64,000 bases of DNA. Source: Macrostomum lignano (Eukaryota). The DNA lies in contig NIVC01000427.1 in assembly GCA_002269645.1 (NCBI GenBank), positions 17,590-81,589 on the forward strand, read 5' to 3'. Made by a program: the position numbers and the translations under genes. Shown here piece by piece: positions 22,738 through 35,749 of the stretch (position 1 is the first letter of the stretch; every line of letters begins with the position of its first letter). The notes under the pieces were generated by a model. That model was not told the origin of the DNA. It was given only the letters and a program-made list of their open reading frames with translations, and made no database searches.

Positions 22738-23240
22738 CAGCTGCTGTCCCTGTCCCCGCTGCTTCAGTGACTGCTGCTGTCCCTGTCCCCGCTGCTTCAG
22801 TGACTGCTGCTGTCCCTGTCCCCGCTGCTTCAGTGACTGCTGCTGTCCCTGTCCCCGCTGCTTCAGTGACTGCTGCTGTCCCTGTCCCCGCTGCTTCAGT
22901 GACTGCTGCTGTCCCTGTCCCCGCTGCTTCAGTGACTGCTGCTGTCCCTGTCCCCGCTGCTTCAGTGACTCCTGCTGTCCCTGTCCCCGCTGCTTCAGTG
23001 ACTCCTGCTGTCCCTGTCCCCGCTGCTTCAGTGACTCCTGCTGTCCCTGTCCCCGCTGCTTCAGTGACTCCTGCTGTCCCTGTCCCCGCTGCTTTAGTGA
23101 CTCCTGCTGTCCCTGTCCCCGCTGCTTCAGTGACTCCTGCTGTCCCTGTCCCCGCTGCTTCAGTGACTCCTGCTGTCCCTGTCCCCGCTGCTTCAGTGAC
23201 TCCTGCTGTCCCTGTCCCCGCTGCTTCAGTGACTGCTGCT
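22738..23240. repeat. 33-bp minisatellite (GCTGCTGTCCCTGTCCCCGCTGCTTCAGTGACT)
   Basis: About 15 near-identical copies just 3' of the vWA ORF. Confidence 0.95.
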
Positions 23241-23704
23241 ACCCTTTTGGTGGTGAATTTTAGAAAACAACTTGTTTTAAGCTTCAGCTGATGGTGCCAG
23301 TCTTGTAAAATGATGTCTTTGTATCAAATTTTATACTGTGTTTAAAAGTCTTCAGGAACTGCGTATTTGTAGTATGGGTTGTCATTCGTGTAGTTAATTT
23401 GCTGAATTTCATTTCTTTGCAACGCGAGCTCCATATTCAGTAAAACTGTTTGAGATCTACAACTCGACAACAGGCTTAGTTTTTGTGATGATTTTTTTGT
23501 CTGAAGTACCATTGCATTAAATGCTGCCAAAGTTGAATTGTGAATGAAGCAAGTGCACTGAAATTATTACATTGCTGAAAATTATAATCTTTGCTATGAC
23601 GTGCAAAATGGAGCAGGAATGTGTTTCTTCATTTTTTCGCAATACTTAATTATAGGCCCTCCTCATGCTCAAATTCGCTTGCAGCCTCATAAGTTTGGTT
23701 TCCA

Positions 23705-23915
23705 GTCTCCCAGATCCGCAGTTGCTGGGCCAGCCTCCCAGATCATCAGTTGCTGGGCCAACCTTCCAGATCCTCAGTTGCTGGTCCAGCCTCCCAGATC
23801 CTCAGTTGCTGGTCCAGCCTCCCAGATTCTCAGTTGCTGGGCCAGCCTCCCAGATCCCTAGTTGCTGGGCCAGCCTCCCAGATCCTCAGTTGCTGAGCCA
23901 ACCTCCCATGCAGAT
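23705..23915. repeat. Degenerate ~29-bp minisatellite (CCCAGATCCTCAGTTGCTGGGCCAGCCT)
   Basis: About 7 copies. Confidence 0.85.
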
Positions 23916-24845
23916 CCCCAGTTTCAGCTTGAAATCGGATCGCTATTCCAAACGAAAATAAACCAAAACTGAACATTTGAATGTCAGTGCAGTGTCCGTG
24001 CGACTGTATTGAGATTCGTTCAAATAAACCAATAAATTGTTCAGGTGCAAGGTTAACACAAAAATTGTAGTCATGTACACGTAGAACTGCAGTGAACTGT
24101 CAGACAGAAAAGTGCTGCACGGTTTGCAAGTTCGCATGGGTTTGGAAATTAATAATCTAAGACAAAAGTTGCGACTCACAACTGTAATGCAAGTACAGTA
24201 TTTTGTACACATAAACAAAACATAGGGGTTTAGCTCAATCGGCAAAATTAGTTCGCATAGGGTGACGAGTGTGGAGGCAAGTTACTGGTTCTTGGAAATA
24301 ATGAATTGAAAACAAAGGAAAACGCAAAAAATTGCTTTTTTAAGCTCGAACATTTGTATGGACCACATAGAGATAGAATATAGAAACAATTATAATTACA
24401 AAATACGCAACAAAAGCTATGGATATTGCTGAAAGTAGTGCAAACATCGTGTATAAAAAAGTTTAAATTTGCACTCTCTCGCACACGGGTGTTGAAAGAG
24501 TGAGGTGGCAAGTGTTGCTTCGATATAAGCGATATTGTTAATTCATCAAGATTGAACAGTTATGTTAAACGTAGGTTTGAATATTCGACAGATAGCTAGA
24601 TTGTCACTGCAATGGTTAATTCGTTTAACTAGAACCGCTTGACAACAGTGAGGTTAAAAATTCGGTAGCTTTACTGAGAATTCATTTTCTTTAGACGCAA
24701 CAGCGTTTTGTAGAAAAAAATCTTGGTACTGCATGATAATATGTGAAGTTCTCAGATATTAATTTGTTCAGTCATGGTGCATATTAACGCTAAGTTATGT
24801 CCGTTCTCATCTTGGTTATTAGCCTAGAGTCACTTGATCTGCCTT

Positions 24846-25323
24846 ACCGCTCCCTCAGTGTCCTTGAATCTGCCTCTCCGCTCCCTCAGTGTCCTTGAAT
24901 CTGCCTCTCCGCTCCCTCAGTGTCCTTGAATCTGCCTCTCCGCTCCCTCAGTGTCCTTGAATCTGCCTCTCCGCTCCCTCAGTGTCCTTGAATCTGCCTC
25001 TCCGCTCCCTCAGTGTCCTTGAATCTGCCTCTCCGCTCCCTCAGTGTCCTTGAATCTGCCTCTCCGCTCCCTCAGTGTCCTTGAATCTGCCTCTCCGCTC
25101 CCTCAGTGTCCTTGAATCTGCCTCTCCCTTCCCTCAGTGTCCTTGAATCTGCCTCTCCCTTCCCTCAGTGTCCTTGAATCTGCCTCTCCGCTCCCTCAGT
25201 GTCCTTGAATCTGCCTCTCCCTTCCCTCAGTGTCCTTGAATCTGCCTCTCCGCTCCCTCAGTGTCCTTGAATCTGCCTCTCCGCTCCCTCAGTGTCCTTG
25301 AATCTGCCTCTCCGCTCCCTCAG
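24846..25323. repeat. 31-bp minisatellite 3' of the frizzled stop codon
   Basis: (TGAATCTGCCTCTCCGCTCCCTCAGTGTCCT) about 15 copies. Confidence 0.95.
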
Positions 25324-25463
25324 TTGTTGCAAACACACCGTGAGAACGCTAGCAAAAGTACAAATCACTGATAAGACGGCTTCAGCCGAACTTATTGGCA
25401 GAACTCCAGTCAGTTTCTGTGTCGGGTACACAAAAAGCAGCAAAAATGCCAACACCATCGCAT

Positions 25464-26135
25464 TCACACCTGCGACATGTGACCCGGCATTGGTGGCAGC
25501 GGCGGCAGCGGCGGCAGAGGCGGGTGTCCCGGAGCCACATTGAATTTATAATACGGCCTCGGATCTGCCGAGTGCATCGCGCGCGGCTGACAGCAAAACA
25601 GGCGGTAGAAAAACGAGCGCCAAGTCTGCAGAGTCTTGCCAGACCAGACCCACACACCGCTGGTGATGCCAACGGCCAGCTGCATGAACTGGCGCAGCAT
25701 GAACACGCCGTACTCTGGCTCCGGAGCCGGCGCCTGGTTCTGGCCGAGGCAGCGGCAGGTTTTGCCTCTCAGCCAGGCCTCGCGCAGCTGGGCTTCGTAG
25801 AAATGGCAGGCGATCACCACGCAGGCTGGCAGGGTGTACAGGATGGAGAAGATCCCGATGCGGATCATCAGCTTCTCCAGCTTGTAGGTCTTGGCGCAGG
25901 CCTGCTGCTTGATCACAGAACGGATGCGGAATAGCGCCACAAAGCCAGTGAGCAGGAAGGCGCTGCCCAGTAACAGGTAGGTCACCATGGGAGCCAGCAC
26001 GAACACCTGCAGAGCTGTGAGGCTGGTGTTCCCGACGGAGCAGATACCGGATATTGGATCGCCGTCAACCAATGAGAAGGTGAGAGCCAGGATGAACTGC
26101 ACGATGGGCAGGAGCCAGGCAATGCCGTGGAACAC
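25464..26135 (-). CDS. fzd5/8: Frizzled-5/8, coding exon 4 (TM4-7, KTxxxW, PDZ-binding tail)
   Basis: GDPISGICSVG, KLEKLMIRIGIFSILY, GITSGVWVWSGKTLQTW; C-terminal -MSQV (cf. FZD8 LSQV, FZD5 LSHV). Confidence 0.93.
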   Translation of the reverse strand: MFHGIAWLLPIVQFILALTFSLVDGDPISGICSVGNTSLTALQVFVLAPMVTYLLLGSAFLLTGFVALFRIRSVIKQQACAKTYKLEKLMIRIGIFSILYTLPACVVIACHFYEAQLREAWLRGKTCRCLGQNQAPAPEPEYGVFMLRQFMQLAVGITSGVWVWSGKTLQTWRSFFYRLFCCQPRAMHSADPRPYYKFNVAPGHPPLPPLPPLPPMPGHMSQV

Positions 26136-26204
26136 CTGTTTGAAGGAGTTTTGTTTTTGTTTTCTTTATTGTAATTACCATTAGTTACATGGACCTAGTG
26201 AGCC

Positions 26205-26502
26205 CAGCAACACACTCAAATACACAAAAACACCCTCAGATACACAACAACACACTCAGATACACAGCAGCACACTCAGATACACAGCAGCACACTCAGA
26301 TACACAGCAACAGACTCAGATACACAGCAACACACTCAGATGCACCGCAGCACACTCAGATACACAGCAACACACTCAGATACACAACAGCACACTAATA
26401 TACACAGAAGCAGACTCAGATACACCGCAGCACACTCAGATACACAGCAACAGACTCAGATACACAGCAGCACACTCAGATACACAGAAGCACACTCAGA
26501 TA
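26205..26502. repeat. 20-bp minisatellite filling frizzled intron 3
   Basis: (CACACTCAGATACACAGCAG) about 15 copies. Confidence 0.95.
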
Positions 26503-26515
26503 AGATGCGACAAAC

Positions 26516-27159
26516 CTCGCTGTATTTGGCGATGGCCTCGCTGCCCCACTTGAGCCCGGCCGCCAGGAACCAGGCCACGCACAGCATGACCCACCACACG
26601 CAGCTGGCCATGCCGAACAAGTAGGTCAGCAGGAACACCACGGTGCACAGCCAGGGCCCGGTGGAGCCGTAGCGCAACAGTCGACCATCGCAAGCGATGG
26701 CATCCCGCCCGACAGCCAGTCGCAGGATGTAGCCGGCTGACACCATCATGTAGCAGGCGGACATCATCACGATGGGCCGCTCTGGATAGCTGAACCGTCT
26801 GGTGTCCAGCAGGAAGGTGAGCACAGTCAGGGTTGAACTGGCCGCGCACAGAATCGACCAGATGCCCATCCAGACGGTGGCCAGCTGCGACCTGTCGGCG
26901 AAGAAGGCGCCCTCGCAGGGCAGAGCGCAGTTGTCAACTCCACCAGTGTGCACCCGATTATAGTAGCCCTGATCCGCCTCGGTGAGCGTCACCAACGGCT
27001 TGCGGCACTTGCAGTCGCATTCAATGCCGAACGTTGACGACGGCGAATCCGGATCAGCCGGCGGCAGAGTCGGATCGGAGGACAGCGGCTCCGGAGTCTT
27101 GCTGCTGCTCTGCTGCGTGTTGTTGACGTCCATGCACAGGATGTCCGGATCGCCGAATA
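26516..27159 (-). CDS. fzd5/8: Frizzled-5/8, coding exon 3 (linker, TM1-3)
   Basis: (V)FGDPDILCMD...FSYPERPIVMMSACY...WWVMLCVAWFLAAGLKWGSEAIAKYSE; CGCAG| acceptor at 27160; phase 1 start, phase 0 end. Confidence 0.93.
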
Positions 27160-30100
27160 CTGCGGGTTTCATAGATTCATTTATTGATTTCTCGTCCAAG
27201 AATAGTTTTAGAATCTTTTACTAGCTGGAAAGCTCGTATCTTCAAAAAGTGTATAGATAAGACAATTCGTAGACAGAAACACTCTATTTTCTTAGAAATG
27301 AGCTGGAAACCCGATAGGAATATCGATTTGTGGCATCGCTGGTGCATTTAGTTTGCTCTACTAGAGAACTTATGGCGTTGAATGGGATTTAGCCATAGAC
27401 AAATTCGACGGAGAGAGATCCGCGCTAGAAAAATCCAATTCCTACACGAAACCTGGGACTCTGTAACTTTTTGACACGAATTTGAATTTGAACCCTCTGT
27501 ACTACTAACAACGGGTTAGTAGACTAGTACGGTACTTGAGTCTTATAGAAAAATAAGTTACATGGCTAAAAAATTTTACACTTAAATTAATTTTATCCAT
27601 CAAGATTGACAGATACGCCAGCACGTGACCTGCATTTAGCGGCAGTAACAGCAGCAACTCGACCCCCGATTTCCAGATCCGAAACCATTAGGGGCCGCTC
27701 GCGAACTGAATTTGAGACGACTAAAAAAGAGCGGGACGAGCAGCAGAAGCCCCGATTGATGGAGAGACAGGTCCAGACTCCATGAAACAAAATTGGAGAA
27801 TCAGAGAAAAGATTGCCGAACGAGATATGAATCCAGTTATATGATGAAGCTAAGCAAGATTTGAGATAGAATTACCCAGCTTTTTGAGATCTCTTTGTGC
27901 TCTAGCTGGGAGCCGTCGGCAGGTAGCTGGGTCCCTCAAGCCTGCGCAGGATTCAATCGATAGACTTGCAAAAAAAACCAGAAGAAAGGTATAGAAAAAG
28001 CGCCGAAGAGGCAGACAAGCAAGAGGAAGAGACCCCGAGCCGCGGGGGGAGGGGGGTTGCACAAGGTAAGCCGATCTCATTCCGTGTTCACCCTGCAGGG
28101 GCAGTTTGGGATTTCAAGGGAAGCTGGAGGAGCAGCAGGGGGATGAGGGAAGGATTCGCGCTAATGAGCCGGGCAGCCGTGAGTCCGCTGAGATAGGGAT
28201 CGGGCACGGAGCATTTCTAGAAACAAGAAAGAGAAGGTGGATGGAACAGAGAGAGAGGGTGGAGAGAGGAAGGTCGATAAGCAGTAAGAAGAAGAAGAAG
28301 AGGTTCGACAAAATTGCTGCAAAAAATCGATCGAAAAAATCGTCACATCACCGTCTCTCTCACCTGAGCTCGCCCCGGACCAGCCTCCGCCCGCCTCATC
28401 ATCTTCAGTCTCCCCACATTCCCGAAGCCATAGCCCCTAGAGCCGTCGCCCTGGCAACCCCGCGACAAGGCCAAGGGATGAGTGATTCTACTCAATTGAG
28501 AAAGGTGGGAAATTCTTTCCCCAAATTTTGCCCACTCAAGCTCTACGGGAGAAAATTGCGTGCGTAGAGAAACTTCTTTCTCTCTTCATCTCCCCCTCTC
28601 TTACTTCCTCTCAAGTCTAAAATTCTTCCCGCCCCTTCCTTCGGCTCAGCTTCTTAGTCATCATCGGGCATCATCTTCGGCTTCTCATATTTTTAAACCG
28701 CCCCTTCCCCTCCCCGCTTCAACCTGGAAACATTTTGAGTGCAGAGCTTTTAATGCAGCGCCAGGGCAGAAGAGGTTCAGCAGCAGGAGCAGCAGAAGCA
28801 GCAGACGAAGAAGCGGAAAGACGCCGTGGGCTACCGCTTTTTTCTCCTCAGTCTCAAGCATACTCCACGCCGGATGGTCGGCATGGCTACCCTACCCTGC
28901 CTTCCTGCTATGCCCCTTTCCTAATTCTAGTTTCTCTTCAATCTAGTTAGTGCCAATTTCTAATAGTAGAATGTAGATAACGATTTTAGTATAATGGACT
29001 AGCAATCACCGCCCCCCCCCGTTGGGGGAGGCAACAAAGAAAGGAATGAAAATGTTTGAATAAACTATACAAGTAGCATTTGACCTTGTACAGTCACTAT
29101 TGTTAGTATCCTAAAGAAAATCATGCTTTAAGCAAAAAATCATCACCATTGAAGTCCAGCTATCTAGCCTAAGATATCAGCATCCCCTGTGAGCATTGGC
29201 ATCAAAGCTTCCCTTTAAGCCGTGGCTTAACCCTAACTCTCCCTTCGATCTACCTTTGCTCGGTCTACCAACAACTTTCAATTGATCCTTTGGCATTTCA
29301 ACCCCCCATGAGCCACAGAATTTCAACGACCCCCTCCCCGTGAGCCCGGACATCTCGTGCTGTTTAAATATTATTATTTACCACTAAAATTTTATGCCAG
29401 GTGCAAATATAGAATCCTCAAGGTGTTCAGCTGATCCACTTTGACCCAGTCTGGGTCCGCCACTGCTTAATACTCACTGCCTTCATACTCGAAACTGCCT
29501 CGTCACTTTTACCAAGCTTCGATGATTTATGAAAGTGTGATTTATCAGCTCCAACAGACTGACCTGTCGGTCAGTTCCGGCTTGTCCTGACAGTCGCTGA
29601 CATTCAATTCGTCAAAACTAATTTCCTACCTGCCTACCGAAAGTCGGGCTTGAAAGCGGACGAGAGGATGACGGGGATTAGACAGGCTCGATGGGATGTT
29701 TCCCTCCCCAAAGCTGCCCCGCCTGCCCGTCAGCCACCTCATCAAAGCTGGCAGAGTGACAAACTCATTTTTGTCACTTTCCCCTCCGCCCTCGCTTCCC
29801 CTTCTCATCCCTCCTGGCGCCCGCGCTGCTCCCACCTTCCCCGAGATCCCACGCGTCCTCGCCCTCCCTCATCCCGGCCTGCCTGTCTCGCGTGTTTAGG
29901 GATGATGAGGAACAAACAGAGAGGCTGCTCTGAGGCTAGGCTTAGAGGGAATTTGGGATATTTGCGAATTGAAAAAATACACAGAGAGAGAGCGCACAAC
30001 AATTCCTCTCTCCGCCCTCTGTTAAAAAGCCAAAGCTTTTCTCGCCTTCATCTAAGCTCGCCCCTTCGCCATGCGACTCGCTTCCTCCCACCCTCTCCTT

Positions 30101-30527
30101 TCCTCCCCGTGCCCTCGGAGGCGGAGGCCGCCATCTTTTAGCGTGTCTCTTTAATCCCGACTTCCCCGCGAGGCCACGCCCAAGCAGAGCATTTTGCCAT
30201 GAGCTTGCACTCGATTCTCTCCCCCTCTGAACTGCTGCATTAGCAGGTGAGTGCGGCCTGAGACCTGCAGTAAAGTCTGCCCCCAGCTGCATGGCTGAGA
30301 GATGATTGAAAGGAGGCAAGCGAGAGTAGAATATGATGAAGAACGGAGGCGGGGAGAGGAGAGGCTTCAGGCTCTTCACTGGGATTTTCGTGCGTGCTGG
30401 CGGATTCTCGCGTCCTTCCTTTCTGAGTTCTTCGAATTCCGACTTCCTTCTTAGATTTTTGTACCTGTCCGCTGTGCTCTTCTACTAGGAGATCGAGTGC
30501 TTTCCATCTGTACAAGATACTAATACT

Positions 30528-30866
30528 TTCTACTCTGTACCAGATGCGAGGGTACCCTGTACCAGCTGCGAGTACCCTGTACCAGATGCGAGTACCCTGT
30601 ACCAGATGTGAGTACCCTGTACCAGATGCGAGTACCCTGTACCAGATGCGAGTACCCTGTACCAGCTGCGAGTACCCTGTACCAGATGCGAGTACCCTGT
30701 ACCAGCTGCGAGTCACCCTGTACCAGATGCGAGTACCCTGTATCAGATGCGAGTACCCTGTACCAGATGCGAGTACCCTGTACCAGCTGCGAGTACCCTG
30801 TACCAGATGCGAGTACCCTGTACCAAATGCGAGTACCCTGTACCAGCTGCGAGTACCCTGTACCAG
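30528..30866. repeat. 20-bp minisatellite at the 5' end of frizzled intron 2
   Basis: (GCGAGTACCCTGTACCAGAT) about 17 copies, starting ~10 nt from the donor. Confidence 0.95.
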
Positions 30867-30876
30867 CGCCGCTTAC

Positions 30877-31090
30877 CAGGCAGTCTGGAGCAGTCCATGT
30901 GCTCAGGCCAGCTGAACCCGTATTGCCGCATGAGGGGCGCGCAGCCGCTCCTGGCCCTCTCGCAGACTGACCGACAGACGGGCAGGTGTTTGTCGTAGTT
31001 TTGAATGCAAATCGGTGCATAGATGCTGCATAGGAAGAAGCGCAGATCTTGGCTGCAGCCAATTTCAATTAGTGGCCAGAATTGATGCAC
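30877..31090 (-). CDS. fzd5/8: Frizzled-5/8, coding exon 2 (CRD, second part)
   Basis: VHQFWPLIEIGCSQDLRFFLCSIYAPIC...CRSVCERARSGCAPLMRQYGFSWPEHMDCSRLP; HQFWPL is typical of Fz5/8. Confidence 0.94.
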
Positions 31091-31141
31091 CTGTACAGAA
31101 AGCAGGGGGGCTTTGCTTTGAAATTTAAATAGGTTAACAAT

Positions 31142-32118
31142 CAGAACAGAACAGCAGATACAGAAACGGACAGAACAAAGATACAGAGAACCGGACAGAA
31201 CAGAAGACACAGAACCGGACAGAACAGCAGACACAGAACCGGACAGAACAGAGGATGCAGAACCGGACAGAACAAAGATACAGAGAACCGGACAGAACAG
31301 AAGATACAGAGAAACGGACAGAACAGAAGATGCAGAACCGGACAGAACAGAAAATACAGAGAACCGGACAGAACAGAAGATACAGAGAACCGGACGGAAA
31401 AGAAGATACAGAGAACCGGACAGAACAGAAGATACACAGAACCGGACGGAAAAGAAGATACAGAGAACCGGACAGAACAGAAGATACAGAGAACCGGACA
31501 GAACAGAAGATACAGAGAACCGGACGGAAAAGAAGATACAGAGAACCGGACAGAACAGAAGATACAGAGAACCGGACAGAACAGAAGATACAGAGAACCG
31601 GACAGAACAGAAGATGCAGAACCAGACAGAACAGAAGATACAGAGAACCGGACAGAACAGAAGATACAGAGAACCAGACAGAACAGAAGATACACAGAAC
31701 CGGACAGAACAGAAGATACAGAGAACCGGACAGAACAGAAGATACAGAGAACCGGACAGAACAGAAGATACAGAGAACCGGACAGAACAGAAGATACAGA
31801 GAACCGGACAGAACAGAAGATACAGAGAACCGGACAGAACAGAAGATACAGAGAACCGGACGGAAAAGAAGATACAGAGAACCGGACAGAACAGAAGATA
31901 CAGAGAACCGGACAGAACAGAAGATACAGAGAACCGGACAGAACAGAAGATACAGAGAACCGGACGGAAAAGAAGATACAGAGAACCGGACAGAACAGAA
32001 GATACAGAGAACCGGACGGAAAAGAAGATACAGAGAACCGGACAGAACAGAAGATACAGAGAACCGGACGGAAAAGAAGATACAGAGAACCGGACAGAAC
32101 AGAAGATACAGAGCCGGG
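31142..32118. repeat. 26-bp minisatellite at the 3' end of frizzled intron 1
   Basis: (CAGAACAGAAGATACAGAGAACCGGA) about 37 copies. Confidence 0.97.
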
Positions 32119-33169
32119 CAGTAATTTCCAATTCCAGATTCCAATCAACAAACATTGAATAGATAAATTCTACCCGAAGGAATTCTGCCAGGCGGGGACC
32201 CAGAGAATCGATAAAAATCAATGCCCCCAATACGCTTAAAAAGACCCGCAGCGTAGCGATCAATCGATAATAACAATTTCAATGCCTAATTCGGTTTGGG
32301 AAAATTTCTCAAATGAGTTAGCAGTCAGTCAATCAGTTGGTCCTCAAGCAGGAAGCGGGGCAAATTTTAAGGCGTGACAGAAGCAGGAAGAAGAGCGTGT
32401 TGGAGCTGCGACATTGTGCGTGCTTTATGACTGCGGGGTTGCGGAGGAAGCTAACTGAAGAAGAGTCGGGCAGACAGAGTGAGCGAATATTCGTTCGATA
32501 AGCCAAACGCCTTATTAGCGAGTAGCTATAAGGGATGGGGCGAAGAGAGTTGATTGAGTTCGGCGGGCAGGGTGTGGGGTGGGGGAGTGAGTGTCCCCAG
32601 CAGCATCCTGCGAAAATGCTGCATCTCTACTCTGCATCTTGCTCTAATGCTTCTAAAGCTTTGGCATGTCCCCCCCTCCCGGCCAACCGACCCGACCCGA
32701 GCAGCAGAGGCTAAAGAGAGAGAAAGGAAGAAAGAGATAGAGAAGCTCCGAGGGAAAGCGGATGAAGAACGCCCCGCTGCCCTCCCCCCCCGTCTCTAGG
32801 GGTAAGCTGCGGCAACTTCGGCCAACACGAATCTTATATATACATACTGTATATACTGCTCAGGGCCTGGCCAGAGCTTGTGCTGCATGGCATGTGGGGG
32901 ATGGGAGCGAATCATCGGATTGGCATTAGGGCCCGGCCGTGGCGAGCAGCGCGTGTATATAGTAGTGAAAATAAATCAGTTCCCAAATCCCCTGCTTGAG
33001 CTCCCCTGCGGCTGTCGTTTCCTCTGGCTTCCTCGCAGCTTTGCCACTTCTGCTGCTGACTGTTGGTTAGAGAAATCTGCTGCTTCTGCTTCCGCAAACT
33101 GCTGCTTTTTTGAGATAAAAAATTACACAAAAAATCCGAAAGCTAAAAAGGTCAAAGTCGCCTAAATCG

Positions 33170-33612
33170 CCTCAAATTCAGAGCCTGAATCGCCCCTAAT
33201 TCAGTGCCTAAATCGCCCCTAATTTAGTGTCTAAATCTCCTTTAATTTAGTGTCTAAATCACTCCGAATTCAGTGCCTAAATCTCCTCTAATTCAGTGCC
33301 TGAAACACCCCTAATTCAGTGCCTGAAACACCCCTAATTCAGTGTCTAAATCGCCCCTAATTCAATGACTAAACCCCCCTAATTCAGCGTCTAAATCGCC
33401 CCTAATTCAGTGCCTGAATCACCCCTAATTCAGTGTCTAAATCGCCCCTAATTCAATGACTAAACCCCCCCCCTAATTCAGCGTCTAAATCGCCCCTAAT
33501 TCAGTGCCTGAATCACCCCTAATTCAGTGTCTAAATCGCCCCGAATTCAGTGCCTGAATCGCCCCTAATTCAGTGTCTAAATCGCCCCGATTTCAGTGTC
33601 TGAATCGCCCTC
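33170..33612. repeat. 23-bp minisatellite (CCTAATTCAGTGCCTAAATCGCC)
   Basis: About 19 degenerate copies. Confidence 0.9.
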
Positions 33613-35074
33613 TAGTAGTATCTCTAAATCGCTAAACGGAGCGATAAAAGGAATGTGAGATGAGCAAGTTCTGATAGCTATCAAACCTTTTAAGTTTGCG
33701 GATGTGCGGGTTAAGTCTAAACAATAGAATACAATAATACAATAGCTTTATACAAAAGATAATTGTCCTACTAATGGGTTATATAAGCAACTAAAAGATA
33801 GAGACCGACTGTGTGGATCACGTGACTCAATTATTACGCAGTGGGTCTTTGTCCACTAAGCATATAGAGAAGAATAATAGACAGAGCAGAGACTGAGGGG
33901 TGCGAAGCGAGACTTTCGAGTTAGAGAGAGGCGAGCTGGAGTACTCCGCCAGCTCGATAATGCCAGAGGAATGATGATGTAACCCTAAGCACATGTGGGC
34001 TTGCCAGCGGGGGGTGGGTGGGGTTGGCATTGCCAGAGGGTGATTTCGGGGGGCTCTTCAACCGGCATAGAAGGGCTTTGCTTTTATTCATTCATTCATT
34101 CATTCCCCGAAAATTCTGTCTAACGGAGAACTGGCGACAGAATTTGGGAGACGGAACAGACGTTGCTTTTAATAAAGAGCGAACGAATATTATGCATATG
34201 TATATACAGACAGCAAAGCTATAGCGAAACGGAGGGCACTTGAGACGGTGGGGGGTCCTTGAAAGGCCGCCCTCCCCCCAGATGTTGCCCAGGACTCCGG
34301 TGGGGCAGGGGGGGGGACCCCCCGCTGAGCAGACGTCGGCGGCGAAGGTGCCTCCCGCCCATGGAGCCGCGGAGATGCACATGCAGAGAAGAGGAAAGAA
34401 AATTAATAGGAATTAGGACCGGGAACTGGGGCCCCCGGTTGATGATGAGTCACCAAGCCGTCGATAAAAGGCTTAACAATAATTATTATATTTGGCACTG
34501 GCTGCAAAAGCTCAGGAATCTTGGGGCTGCCTGATTATTTTGCTTATAACCGGACACCAAGAAAGTGTAAAATCTTCTGAAAGAAAGGCTGCATTAACAG
34601 CTAGTAGGCCAGAGTGTCTGGTGAAACATAAAACTTTTCTTTCTTTAATTGTCAGATCGCACAAGCTGCCGGGCTGTGATGATGCTTGATCGGTCTGGAT
34701 GATGTGTCAATCACTGCAGCTGACTGGGATTTCTGTTGCCTAAAAACAACATCAGCTCGTAGCCCAGTTCTATTCTTTTGCTGATGCAAATCTCGGATAA
34801 TGCAGTCTTGTAATGGAATGCAGGATTAGATAATCTCTACCTTATGCAAAATGCCGTAATAGCAATTTAGCCGGCAGTCACAGGCCATTCCGCCAATTCT
34901 GTGTAGCATTGAAGTCAAATGATTCCGAAAGCTTGAACAAGGAGATTAAAATTGCATTTGGAGTAAAAATCCCCCGATGTATATAAAGGGATAATGTTGT
35001 AGATTTCGATCTAGCAATTGCTACAGCGGGTAGTTGCGAAGTCAAATTGACGGCAAACTACTGAGACACGAGGA

Positions 35075-35641
35075 AAGGTAGACACGAGACAGAATAGTAT
35101 ATAGCGTAAAAGGTAGGTGCGAGACAAACTACCATATGAGAGGCAGGCACAAGACAAGCTACCATAGAGTGAGAGGTAGACACAAAACAAGCTACCACAT
35201 AGTAAGAGGTAGACACAAGACAAGCTACCACATAGTAAGAGGTAGACACAAGACAGGTTACCATAGAGTGAGAAGTGGGCACGAGACAAGCTAACATAGA
35301 GTGAGAGGTAGACACAAGACAGGTTACCATAGAGTGAGAAGTGGACACGAGACAAGCTACCATAGAGTGAGAGGTAGACACAAGACAGGTTACCATAGAG
35401 TGAGAAGTGGGCACGAGACAAGCTAACATAGAGTGAGAGGTAGACACGAGATAAGCTACCATAGAGTGAGAGGTAGACACGAGATAAGCTACCACATAGT
35501 GAGAGGTAGACACAAGACAAGCTACCATAGGGTGAGAGGTAGACACAAGACAAGCTACCATAGAGTGAGAGGTAGACACAAGACAGGTTACCATAGAGTG
35601 AGAAGTGGACACGAGACAAGCTAACATAGAGTGAGAGGTAG
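35075..35641. repeat. 33-bp minisatellite, array A (downstream of frizzled coding exon 1)
   Basis: (GTGAGAGGTAGACACAAGACAAGCTACCATAGA) about 17 copies. Confidence 0.93.
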
Positions 35642-35749
35642 GAATTCAATGCATAGAGGAACGATTTTAAAGAGCTACAAACTCTTCAAATGGCAGTTAC
35701 AAAGAGCTACACAGAGCATTCAAAAGGCAGTACATGCATCATTGCTTAC

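Noticed and set aside
22767-23291. Mucin/adhesive-like (VTAAVPVPAAS)n coding exon
   Set aside because: The apparent CTTCAG acceptor is part of the repeat unit, the track start is not ATG, and it lies just after the vWA stop. It is not excluded without RNA data, but it is unsupported.
28106-28946. Nested or antisense protein-coding gene in frizzled intron 2
   Set aside because: The ORFs are low-complexity products of GA/CT-rich tracts with no recognisable domain.
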